From positions 10,107-74,106 of the forward strand of contig JBJKRI010000003.1 in the NCBI GenBank assembly GCA_046704725.1: a stretch of 64,000 nucleotides of DNA, written 5' to 3'. This document shows positions 53,916-62,931 of the stretch, piece by piece. Below the pieces are notes generated by a model, which was given only the letters and a program-made list of their open reading frames with translations, was not told the DNA's origin and searched no databases. Made by a program: the position numbers and the translations under genes. Positions within the stretch are counted from its first letter, which is position 1; each line of letters starts with the position of its first letter. Origin of the DNA: Candidatus Woesearchaeota archaeon (GTDB lineage Archaea > Nanobdellota > Nanobdellia > Woesearchaeales > SKIA01).

Positions 53916-55205
53916 ATGGACCCCGATCGTGTCAGCGTCGTGTACGATCTTCGGCGGAAGCTCCGCAAGGGGCACAGCGAGGACGTCTTCAACCAGTTCC
54001 TGACACTCGGCGGCTTCTCCGCGGGAGCGGCCGTGCTGCTCTTCGCGCTCCACTTGGTCATGGCCCGCTTGCTCGGGCCGGAGAGCTATGCGTCGTTCGG
54101 CACCTACGTCGCGATACTCTACACCGCGTTCTTCTGCCTGACGAGCATCCATCTCATCATCACGCGGTTCATCAGCTACCACCGCTCGCGCTACCAGTAC
54201 GAGCAGATCAACTACATCATCACGCACAGCCTGCGCATACTGTTCATCGCGGGCTTCGCCGCGTTCATCATCCTGCTGGCCGCAGCGCGCGGCGTCGCGC
54301 TCTTCTTCCACCTGACGGGCATCGCCTCGACGGTCTTGCTCGGTTTCGCGATCTGGTTCGTCATCCTCTCGCCCGTCTTCGAGGGCGCCTTCAAGGGCCT
54401 CGAGGATTTCCGCGGCATCGGGCGCATGCGCCTCATCGAGTCTGGTATCCGCTTGCTCGCGGCGACCGGTCTCGTGCTCTTGGGCTTCGGCGTCCCCGGA
54501 GCGCTCTTTGGACTGGGCATCGGCACGTTCGTCGCCCTCATGTTCAGCTACCGTGATCTCTACCGCATCATGCGGCTCAAAATAGTCAAGCCCGACCTCA
54601 CCCAGATGCGCCGCTTCGCCGTGCCTGTGCTCTTGACGATCGTCTCCATCTCCTTGCTCCTCAACCTCGACATCATCCTGGTCAAGCACTTCTTCGACCC
54701 CGCCCAGGCGGGCGTCTTCGCGGCGGCGAGCCTCGTCGCAAAGGTGCCGTTCTTCATCAGCATGGTGTTCGTCGGCGTGATGTTCCCGAAGATCACGCAG
54801 CTCCACGCGGACGGAAAGAACGCAACACCCATACTGCGCAACGCCTTGCAGGTCGTGGTCCCGCTCGTCGCTGTCTTCACATTGCTCAGCTTCTTCTTCG
54901 CCGGACCCCTCTTCTCACTGCTCTTCGGCGCCGGCTATGTCATCGGACCCACGCTCGGCTTCTACGTCTTCGGCATGGGATGCCTTTCCATCACCGTCCT
55001 GCTCGCGGTCTACCTGCTCGCGGTCCGCGAGGACAGCATCGCCTTCGCGATACCAATCTTCCTCGTCGTCTTCGCGGCATTGCTCGGTATCTTCCACGGC
55101 TCGCTCACGCAGGTCATGGTCGTAGTGATGCTTGTCATGGTAGCGGCCTTGGCCTACACGCTTTACAAGTCGCGTGACTTCATCGACTTCGACCTGTTCC
55201 TATAG
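53916..55205 (+). CDS. Polysaccharide/oligosaccharide flippase of the MOP superfamily (Wzx-like)
   Basis: 429 aa with ~12 TM helices, RfbX-like pattern. T5 run at 55231-55235 after the stop. Confidence 0.6.
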   Translation: MDPDRVSVVYDLRRKLRKGHSEDVFNQFLTLGGFSAGAAVLLFALHLVMARLLGPESYASFGTYVAILYTAFFCLTSIHLIITRFISYHRSRYQYEQINYIITHSLRILFIAGFAAFIILLAAARGVALFFHLTGIASTVLLGFAIWFVILSPVFEGAFKGLEDFRGIGRMRLIESGIRLLAATGLVLLGFGVPGALFGLGIGTFVALMFSYRDLYRIMRLKIVKPDLTQMRRFAVPVLLTIVSISLLLNLDIILVKHFFDPAQAGVFAAASLVAKVPFFISMVFVGVMFPKITQLHADGKNATPILRNALQVVVPLVAVFTLLSFFFAGPLFSLLFGAGYVIGPTLGFYVFGMGCLSITVLLAVYLLAVREDSIAFAIPIFLVVFAALLGIFHGSLTQVMVVVMLVMVAALAYTLYKSRDFIDFDLFL

Positions 55206-55211
55206 TGACTT

Positions 55212-56819
55212 TCAGAGTCTGTTGATGACTTTTTCGGCCTTTGTAAGCATACTCGAAATCTCGAACGCGCACGTCGGCATGTGGATGCTACGCGCGGACA
55301 GTTCCTTTGGATGGATCTCTCCCACAACGCCATGTATATCTCCTGTCACGCGCGCGCACCGCCCCGGCAAGAAACGCTCGTCCTCGTGCTCCTCGAACGT
55401 GACCCACCAATCCATCGCGCGGCACAACGCTTCCAGCGCCTGTCGCGCCTGGGTATAATCAGCGTCCTCGGCGCAGCGGACCGCGGCGGCATGACGTGAC
55501 TCGACGACACCCGTATCGCTCTTCCCCTTAGCGAACACCGGACCGACCTCGAAGGCTTGCTGCGGATAGCGGTTGTTCACGTTCTTTTTCAGCGTGTCGA
55601 GCATGCCGGCGAGCAGTTCCTCGCGCAACGCTGCAAAGTCCTGGGTGAGCTGATTCTCCAAGGGAACGCCGTCGGCTCGTAGGTAATAGTCCATGAACTC
55701 TTGCATGCCCATCCCTGACAGCACGCCGCGTATCGCGTCCTCGATGATCGTCGTTCTTGCGAGCTTCCCGACAGTGTAGATGGAAGGCACTCTCGGTTCG
55801 ATGCGGTCGTATCCGTAGCCGATGGCCGCGTCTTCCACGACGTCTGCCGCGTGCATGAAGTCCGTGCGGTACGGTGGGATGCGCACGGCATCCTTCTCCA
55901 ATGAAAGTCCCATCTTCGCGAGGCTTGCCGAGAGCTCTGATGCGGGGATGCCGCTTCGCTCCACAACATAGTCGATGTCGATGTCGAGCTTACGCTGCGT
56001 CAGGTCGGGCGTGATGATGTGCCAGTCGGGATACTCGACGGTCATGCTCTCGACCGTCGCTCCCATGTCGGAGAATGCGCAGCAGATCATGGCGAGCGCT
56101 TGTTCGAGCGGCAGTTCCTGGTGGCCGGAGCACTCGATGAAGACGTCTTTCGTCTTCTCGGTGACTTTTCCCACGTCGTGGCTGTTGATGATGGGCGGCA
56201 CCGACAATACCTTGCCCTCGGCGTCGCGGAACACCGGATACACAGAAGCCCCTTCGAGGAGGTGCGCGTAGTGCTGGCCGGTCGGATGCTCTTTTAGCAT
56301 CGTTGAAGCGTCCATATCCTTATCGCTCTCCAATGGACGGAAGACGATGTCCTTTGGCTTTTCCGCGCCGAAAGTGATGGGCAGCGTGATGTGCTCGAGC
56401 GGGTAGATGCCGATCGCCACTTTCTTCCGCTTCCTGCCGAAGGTCACGTGGAGCTTCTCCTGCAGGTCGATGATCTCCTTTATGTGCTCATCGTCCAACG
56501 ACAGCCCGCGTACGATCGCGCAGCGCGTGTGCGGCCGCACCTTCGCCGCCGATGGCAATACCTTCACCACTCCGTCGCCCTTCTCGACGGTGTAGGTGTC
56601 CATCCCTTTCGTGTATCCGAGGAAATGGTTCAGTGCGCGCGCGAGCCCCACAGCGGACAGCAGGTCCGGCCTGTTCGGGAAGATCTCGACGCTCACGTCC
56701 TCCCCGATGGATTCGAGGTCGGTGCCGAGCATGCTGATCGCCTTGGCCAGCTCCTCGTCGGAAGGCTTCCCTTTCAGGTAGGAGCGCAGCGTGCTCGTCG
56801 GCATGGTGATGGTCGGCAT
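55212..56819 (-). CDS. pheT: Phenylalanine--tRNA ligase beta subunit
   Basis: Archaeal PheT pattern. ATG at 56819 overlaps the pheS stop. Confidence 0.9.
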   Translation of the reverse strand: MPTITMPTSTLRSYLKGKPSDEELAKAISMLGTDLESIGEDVSVEIFPNRPDLLSAVGLARALNHFLGYTKGMDTYTVEKGDGVVKVLPSAAKVRPHTRCAIVRGLSLDDEHIKEIIDLQEKLHVTFGRKRKKVAIGIYPLEHITLPITFGAEKPKDIVFRPLESDKDMDASTMLKEHPTGQHYAHLLEGASVYPVFRDAEGKVLSVPPIINSHDVGKVTEKTKDVFIECSGHQELPLEQALAMICCAFSDMGATVESMTVEYPDWHIITPDLTQRKLDIDIDYVVERSGIPASELSASLAKMGLSLEKDAVRIPPYRTDFMHAADVVEDAAIGYGYDRIEPRVPSIYTVGKLARTTIIEDAIRGVLSGMGMQEFMDYYLRADGVPLENQLTQDFAALREELLAGMLDTLKKNVNNRYPQQAFEVGPVFAKGKSDTGVVESRHAAAVRCAEDADYTQARQALEALCRAMDWWVTFEEHEDERFLPGRCARVTGDIHGVVGEIHPKELSARSIHMPTCAFEISSMLTKAEKVINRL

Positions 56820-58279
56820 CAGTCTTCCTCCGGCGGCACGTAGGTCTTCATGCCGCGCAATTGCGCAAGGTCGTTGCCGTACAATTCGCGCAGGTCGGTG
56901 ATGCTGTAGTAGTCCGTGATGATGCGCTCCATCCCCAGGCCCCACGCAAGGACGGGGATGTCCTCGCCGAGCAATGTCTTGACGACCTCAGGCCGGAAGA
57001 CCCCCATGCCGCCGAGCTCCACCCATTGCTTTTTCACGGGATGGTAGACCTCGACCTCCGCGGAGGGCTCGGTGTAGGGGAAGTATGCCGGCCGGAAGCG
57101 TACTTCGGTGAATCCCATCTTCTTGTAGAATTCCTTCTGCAGTCCGATGAGGTCCGCGATGGAGAGCCCTTCTCCCACGACGATGCCTTCCACCTGATGG
57201 AACTCGAACAGGTGCTTCCAGTCGAGCGTCTCGTTGCGGAAGACCTTGGAGACGGAGAAATACTTGCCCGTCCTCTCACCGCGCTCGCGCATGCTGCGCA
57301 GCATCTGCGCCGACAACACTGTGGTGTGCGTGCGCAAGAGCACCTTCTTCGCTTCCTCCTCGCTGTACGTCGTCTGCCAGCCCGTGCTTCCCGTGTCAGC
57401 GCCGTCCTCGTGGACGCGCTTGACATGCTCCCACCAGTCCGGAAGTTGCCCTCTACTGGGCAAGTAGAAGGTGTCCTGCATCTCGCGCGCGGGATGGTCC
57501 TGCGGCACGAACAAGGAGTCCATGTCCCAGAACGCCGTCTGCGTCATGCTCCCTTCCATCTCCGAGAATCCCATCTCGATCCACAAGCGCTTGATCGCCG
57601 TTATCGCTTCCTGCACGAAGTGCGCCCTGCCGAAATCCCGTTCGGGCACGCCCGTTGTCACGTCATACACGCGGAAGGTCTTGCCCTTCCACGTCCCGTC
57701 CGCGAGCATGCCGCTCGTGACCCGCTCCTCGGGCGCCTTTCCCAGATCGGTCTTGGCGAGTTTCTTGCCGAGAGCTGTGAGCGTGATGGCATACGATGTC
57801 GTTGTCGACCTCTCGACGAGCCCGCGCTTCTCGTATCCCTCCAATCCCGTCCTCGCTTTCCAGCGCTCTGCGAACGAGTCGATGGTCTCGCTCTTCCGCG
57901 AGACGGTCTTTCCCATCTCGATGCTGCCAGCCTTGCGCAAGGCGCCGATCGCCGCGTTCAGCTCCTGGTCGTCGAGCTTGGCGAGCTTCTTGATCTCCTG
58001 CAACGTCCGTGGCTTGTCAAGCGTCGAAAGGAATCGCTCCTCAGGCAATCCGTGCTCGAGCGCGTCCTGTCCGCGCTCTGTGAGCTCCCATTCGGAGCGC
58101 TCCTGCTTCCTAAGCGTGAGCACTTCCTTGTTCGAGAGGTACCGCGCCGCGCGCATGGCCTCGACCTCGGGCACGCCCGCCTCTTTCGCGAGCGCTGATA
58201 CGCTCTTCTTGTCCACGAGGTGCGGCACGACCTTCCGCTCGATGGGCGAGAGGCTCCTGATGAGCGTTTCCGGCTCCAT
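56819..58279 (-). CDS. pheS: Phenylalanine--tRNA ligase alpha subunit
   Basis: Class II aaRS motifs, archaeal-type long N-terminus. Confidence 0.9.
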   Translation of the reverse strand: MEPETLIRSLSPIERKVVPHLVDKKSVSALAKEAGVPEVEAMRAARYLSNKEVLTLRKQERSEWELTERGQDALEHGLPEERFLSTLDKPRTLQEIKKLAKLDDQELNAAIGALRKAGSIEMGKTVSRKSETIDSFAERWKARTGLEGYEKRGLVERSTTTSYAITLTALGKKLAKTDLGKAPEERVTSGMLADGTWKGKTFRVYDVTTGVPERDFGRAHFVQEAITAIKRLWIEMGFSEMEGSMTQTAFWDMDSLFVPQDHPAREMQDTFYLPSRGQLPDWWEHVKRVHEDGADTGSTGWQTTYSEEEAKKVLLRTHTTVLSAQMLRSMRERGERTGKYFSVSKVFRNETLDWKHLFEFHQVEGIVVGEGLSIADLIGLQKEFYKKMGFTEVRFRPAYFPYTEPSAEVEVYHPVKKQWVELGGMGVFRPEVVKTLLGEDIPVLAWGLGMERIITDYYSITDLRELYGNDLAQLRGMKTYVPPEED

Positions 58280-58302
58280 ACGGCCCGAGATGAGGCGTTT
58301 CT

Positions 58303-58875
58303 TTATAATCGTGCTGGGCTAGGCAGCCAGGACCGGATATTCTTCCCGAATGGCTCGAGCACCGCTTCCCCTTCGCGTAGGAGCTTCCGGACGTCTCTGA
58401 ATTCGTGCTCCATCTCGGTGATCGTTTGAGCGGTCGTCCTCGATCTTCTCTCTATGGTATCGAGATTCTCCTGAAGGATTGCGAGATTCATTTCTATCTG
58501 TGTCCATGGGTCTACTTCTTCGTGCGAGCCTTTGGTCTGCTTGATGTTCTCTACGATCTGGCTTGCCGCATTGTAGGCGCGCCACATTGTATCCTTGAGC
58601 AGGCTTTCCAGCTGCTCGACCTCGTTCAGTTCGTTGGTCATCTCGACTCCGAGCCGGCGGAGCTCGTTGGCGCGCTCGGACATGCGCTTGATGATATTGT
58701 CTTCGTGCCGCAGGAACTCTAGCGACCTCTGGAGGTGGTCGATGATCTTTTGCAGGCCCTTCTTGGTCTTTTCGATCTTCCTGTTGACTCCTGTCTGCGA
58801 GATGTGCTCCAGGTTGGTCCGTGCTTGGTCGATAATATCATTGTAGTCCTTGAAGTCGTCCTTGTGCAGAAGCAT
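58303..58875 (-). CDS. Coiled-coil protein (190 aa) in a lower-GC segment
   Basis: Heptad-rich, charged ORF. DNA noticeably AT-richer than its flanks. Confidence 0.45.
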   Translation of the reverse strand: MLLHKDDFKDYNDIIDQARTNLEHISQTGVNRKIEKTKKGLQKIIDHLQRSLEFLRHEDNIIKRMSERANELRRLGVEMTNELNEVEQLESLLKDTMWRAYNAASQIVENIKQTKGSHEEVDPWTQIEMNLAILQENLDTIERRSRTTAQTITEMEHEFRDVRKLLREGEAVLEPFGKNIRSWLPSPARL

Positions 58876-58942
58876 CCCCTTACCTCCGCGCAGGTCCTAT
58901 TTGAGCGTTTCGAGAATGGAGAATAGAAAAGGAACAGAAGGC

Positions 58943-59749
58943 TTACGCCTTCACTTTCTTCATCTCTTTCCACGCGAGCTCGAAGTACTCCTCGAGCGCC
59001 GACGCGAAAAAGGGCGTGTTGATCCAGATGCCGACATCGTAGGTCGGGTGGATCTCTTCGTCGTCCATGATCATGAACACGAGTTCCTGTCCGTCCACGA
59101 TGACGAAGCGGGCCCGGGTCTTGCTCTCGCGCACCTCTGCGATGCCTTCGAGCTGCTTGGCCACCTTCCGCGTCTCGGCGTTCATGGGAGCCGCGATTCG
59201 GATGGTCACGCCGCGCTTCTTGATCTGTTCGAGCACGGGCTGCAATCCTTCGGTCTTGCGCATGAATCCCTGCGCCGTCGTCGCGATGGTCACGCTTTTT
59301 TCGGCGCCGCGGATGACAAGCTCGAGATGGTTGTACAGGTTGTGCCTGCCCTTGAGCGAACCGGAGAGGTCGCTCGGCTCGACGAGCTCGACCCCCTGCG
59401 TGTGCAGGTTGTTCAGCTCCTGGATGATATCGGTATTCTTGAGATCTTCCAAGCGTCGGACGTTCTCGTCCGCCTCTTGGCGCACGTTCTTCTTCACGCG
59501 CTCAAGCACCTCTTTGGGCGACACGGCGATGTACTTGATGGGCTTGCCCAGCTTCATCACCACGAAGCCCTTCTTCTCGAGGCTCTCGAGGACGTCGTAT
59601 GAACGCGAGCGTGGGACGTTCGCGATATCAGACAGTTCGCCCGCCGTCGAGACGCCGCGCGATAGCAGCGCCGTCCAGATCTTGACCTCGTAGAGGTTCA
59701 GGTTGAAATAGCGGCGTAGCTTGCTCAGAAACTCTTCTTTGACGATCAT
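58943..59749 (-). CDS. trmB: TrmB-family transcriptional regulator, paralog 2
   Basis: Recognition helix region WTALLSRGVSTAGELSDIANVPRSRSYDVLESLEKKGF identical (38 aa) to 17335..18120. ATG at 59749. Confidence 0.8.
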   Translation of the reverse strand: MIVKEEFLSKLRRYFNLNLYEVKIWTALLSRGVSTAGELSDIANVPRSRSYDVLESLEKKGFVVMKLGKPIKYIAVSPKEVLERVKKNVRQEADENVRRLEDLKNTDIIQELNNLHTQGVELVEPSDLSGSLKGRHNLYNHLELVIRGAEKSVTIATTAQGFMRKTEGLQPVLEQIKKRGVTIRIAAPMNAETRKVAKQLEGIAEVRESKTRARFVIVDGQELVFMIMDDEEIHPTYDVGIWINTPFFASALEEYFELAWKEMKKVKA

Positions 59750-59818
59750 TGCAGTTTTACCCCCTTGAAGGGAACTCACCCCTTACTGCGACGACAACCC
59801 CTCCCTGCTATAAATATG

Positions 59819-60667
59819 TTACTGTCTTGCTGCGGTGACGCCTTGGGATTGCTCCAAGGTGATGATGGTGAACTCCTCGTTCGGAAGAGTGACGCGCCCC
59901 AACACCTTCCCGGTGATGAGCCGCTCGAACCACTCCCGAGGACGTAACGGTTTCTTCTGCCCGACGCTCAGGGTCGGAAAGCTCGTTACCAGGATGCGCG
60001 CAGGGATGCTGTCGAGCAACTCCGCCGTCACATCGTGCCGCAATTCCTCGAGGCTGTCGAAGAGCTTGAACGAGAAGGCGACATCCGCTCGTGGAAGGGT
60101 CGCCACCGTATCCGGGTCGGTCAGGTCCACGCAGTGCTCGGAGTGCTCCACACCCACCGCTTCGAGGAAGCGTCCGACACGCTCCAGGTCCTGGCACGCG
60201 ATGTCCGCCGAGTGGTATGCGGGCCTGCCTGGCAGGAACGGATACGCGAACGGATTGAAGCCGCATCCGAGATCCAGGACGCTCTGTGGCGTCCCCGTGA
60301 CGCGGAACAACTGGTGATAGAGGAATGCGTAATAGGAGAGACGTTCGGCGCTCGACCGGTGCAATCCAAGCACGGCTCGCGCACGTTCTTCTGTCGGCTC
60401 GTTGATGAGCGCGTCCACCAACGCATCACGCTTGGCGCCGTACTGCGCGGTGAAGAACACCCCGTACACCGTACGTAATATTGCTCGTACTTCTGAGCGC
60501 AACCGCTGGAAGGCCTTCTTTCTCGTGAATCGTGATGGGTCCTTCTCGAACTCCGCCCGCACGTCCGGGTGCTTTCCCAGCCACGCGTCGAGGATGCGTT
60601 TGGCGAACGGCCGCGATATCCCTTTCAGTTCTTTCTTGTCGAGCACGAGCTCGAGCAGCGCTACCAT
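59819..60667 (-). CDS. Class I SAM-dependent methyltransferase (282 aa)
   Basis: VLDLGCGFNPFAYPF motif I. Internal ATG 60667 overlaps the pelota stop by 4 nt. Confidence 0.6.
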   Translation of the reverse strand: MVALLELVLDKKELKGISRPFAKRILDAWLGKHPDVRAEFEKDPSRFTRKKAFQRLRSEVRAILRTVYGVFFTAQYGAKRDALVDALINEPTEERARAVLGLHRSSAERLSYYAFLYHQLFRVTGTPQSVLDLGCGFNPFAYPFLPGRPAYHSADIACQDLERVGRFLEAVGVEHSEHCVDLTDPDTVATLPRADVAFSFKLFDSLEELRHDVTAELLDSIPARILVTSFPTLSVGQKKPLRPREWFERLITGKVLGRVTLPNEEFTIITLEQSQGVTAARQ

Positions 60668-61680
60668 CGCAGCACTCCGGCCACGCCGCCGAGGGGGTCG
60701 AGCTGGCCTGTCGCGTGCCGCACGACATGCACTTCGGCCCCGGTCTTCCTCGCATTCTCCATGAGCGCGTCCAGCTCGGGATACCACCCTTCCTCCCGTG
60801 CCTTCGCGATGAGCGTGCCGCTCACGACCAGCGTCTCCACCTGACCGACCATCGCTTTCTCCGTGCACTCGTCGCGCCCATAGCACGCCTTGTCCTTGGC
60901 GATCGCCGCGAGGACGCGTTCCACGAGCATCCCTTCGGTGCGGGCCCTGTCCGTCTCCAGCGCTTGCTCCACTTCTGGCCGCTTGAGCGCCTCACGGACT
61001 CCTGCTTCGCCGCCGGCGCTGACCGTGGCGAGCGTGAGCTTCTTCCGTTGCGTTTCGGGCAACGCGTTGCGCAGGTAGTCCGTCCAGAAGGCAGGGCTCG
61101 CCGCGATGATGGATTGGTATGCATTCCGCCCGTCCAGCTCCATGACAGCGGCGGAGAGCGTCTTCCAGAAGTCCTCCGCGCCCCCGCCGGGCGCTTTCTT
61201 GACGACATCCCCGGACAATGTGGTGATGACCTCGTGCCCTTTCCGTGTCAGGTGCGCGAGCGTCGCGCTCTCGCGGTCGAACACCACGAGCAATACGTTG
61301 ATCGGCTTCGCTTTCGCCGCTTCTTCCATGCGCTGCCTGTTCTCGGCGTCCCAGTCCTTGATGATGGACAGCTCGGTCCCGGGCGTGACCGCGATGCTGT
61401 GGTGGTCCCCGAAGCTCACGAGGTCCTCTGGTCCTTCAGCGATCGTGCCTTGCACGCGCAGCACGTCCGTCTCGAGCTCGGTCTTCGTCACCACGACGGT
61501 GAGGGTCATGGGTTTTCGCACTTGCTTGGTCTTGTCCGCTCCCACCGCCACCTTGCGTTCGGTACGCGCCCGTACCTTGTCCCCTTCGGCGATGATGTGC
61601 GAGAGCTCCCACAGGTCGTCGGCCGATTCCGCACGGACGCGTATCAGGCCTTCTCTCGGCGTTTTCTGCAGAATGCGCAT
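60661..61680 (-). CDS. pelA: Pelota/Dom34 ribosome-rescue factor
   Basis: MRILQK...DDLWELSHIIAEGDKV N-domain and eRF1-like C-domain. Confidence 0.85.
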   Translation of the reverse strand: MRILQKTPREGLIRVRAESADDLWELSHIIAEGDKVRARTERKVAVGADKTKQVRKPMTLTVVVTKTELETDVLRVQGTIAEGPEDLVSFGDHHSIAVTPGTELSIIKDWDAENRQRMEEAAKAKPINVLLVVFDRESATLAHLTRKGHEVITTLSGDVVKKAPGGGAEDFWKTLSAAVMELDGRNAYQSIIAASPAFWTDYLRNALPETQRKKLTLATVSAGGEAGVREALKRPEVEQALETDRARTEGMLVERVLAAIAKDKACYGRDECTEKAMVGQVETLVVSGTLIAKAREEGWYPELDALMENARKTGAEVHVVRHATGQLDPLGGVAGVLRW

Positions 61681-61699
61681 GTTTTTGCCAAAGAAAACG

Positions 61700-61711
61700 T
61701 TTATATATATA
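61700..61711. promoter_or_regulatory. Palindromic TATA element (tttatatatata) centred between divergent ATGs at 61680(-) and 61731(+), each ~20-30 nt away
   Basis: Symmetric placement implies a bidirectional leaderless promoter. Confidence 0.4.
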
Positions 61712-61730
61712 CTTTTGTCAGGCGGAAACG

Positions 61731-62864
61731 ATGGATTGGCGGAGACGGGCCCAGGCGGGAGCAGCGGTGCTCATCGCCCTAATCGCTGTCCTTATCATCA
61801 TGTACGTGCTCTTCTTGCCGCCGGCCGACCGTGCTGTGCTCCTCAACGAGACCTCGCCCGCGACCGCGGTCAACACGACGGGCTCGAACGTGATCTTCCA
61901 GACCGTCCCGACCGTCGCGCAACAGCAAGGTCCGGAGACGCATGGCATGCCGCCGTTCACCGTCCGGACCCAGACCAGCGGCAACGTCCTCGCGGATCGC
62001 TCGTCCCTATCGGTCTCTCGCACCGCTTTCTCCAACAGTCCCGAGACCGTCGTATTTGATATGCCTTCCAGCTCGTCGAATCCTCTCCTCAGCTTCACGG
62101 CTTCCTCTTCGACGGGCGGGTTGCGCGTCCTGCTCAACAACGTCTCTATCTTCGACGCGGTCATACAGCACCCGCAGGTCGCTCCGATACAGCTGCCTGC
62201 TGGTATGCTGACCTCGCATAACACACTCACCTTCGAGGCTGATCCCGTCGGCTTCGCGATCTGGCAGAGCCACCAGACGAACCTGGTGAACGTGCGCGTC
62301 ACCGCTGATGTCACGAGCTTCGCGCAGGCCGGCCAGACCCAGCGCATCGCCATCACCGACCCCGCATCCATCCAGTCCGCCGGTCTGGTCTTCGTGCCCG
62401 ACTGCCCGCAGAAGCAGGGCCGCCTGACGGTCACCATGAACGGCGAGACGATCTACAGCGGCTTCCCCGACTGTGGCATCCCCGTGCATGTCGAGCTCGC
62501 GCAGTCGCACATCAAGGACGGCGAGAATGTCCTGTCCTTCTCCGTCGGCAAGGGCGAGTACAGCATCGACCAGGCGTCGGTGAACGTCCTGCGCCAGCAG
62601 CAGAACACGCAGAAGTCCTTCACCATCAGCCAGAACCTCCTCAGTCAGGTGGCTGCGCAGCAGCGACCCATCCTCTTGCGTCTTGCCTTCGCACAGCCCG
62701 AAGCGCAGGGCGTCATCATCCTCAACGGCCAGCAGCTCGCGTTCCGAACGCACCAGCAATCGTTCGCGGCCCCGATCACGCAGTACCTGCATGTGGGCAG
62801 CAACACGATACAGGTCGCGCAAACGAGCGTCGGCATCGTCTCGCTCAGCGTGCTCTCGGGCTGA
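61731..62864 (+). CDS. N-terminally membrane-anchored extracellular protein (377 aa), Ser/Thr-rich
   Basis: MDWRRRAQAG + TM helix, then a Thr/Ser/Gln-rich ectodomain with 4 Cys. Confidence 0.45.
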   Translation: MDWRRRAQAGAAVLIALIAVLIIMYVLFLPPADRAVLLNETSPATAVNTTGSNVIFQTVPTVAQQQGPETHGMPPFTVRTQTSGNVLADRSSLSVSRTAFSNSPETVVFDMPSSSSNPLLSFTASSSTGGLRVLLNNVSIFDAVIQHPQVAPIQLPAGMLTSHNTLTFEADPVGFAIWQSHQTNLVNVRVTADVTSFAQAGQTQRIAITDPASIQSAGLVFVPDCPQKQGRLTVTMNGETIYSGFPDCGIPVHVELAQSHIKDGENVLSFSVGKGEYSIDQASVNVLRQQQNTQKSFTISQNLLSQVAAQQRPILLRLAFAQPEAQGVIILNGQQLAFRTHQQSFAAPITQYLHVGSNTIQVAQTSVGIVSLSVLSG

Positions 62865-62931
62865 AGAGGTGGGAACCACAGTGACGTCGAAGACGCTTCA
62901 GGACAGTCCGCACGCTCGGGGTGAGTCGTAG

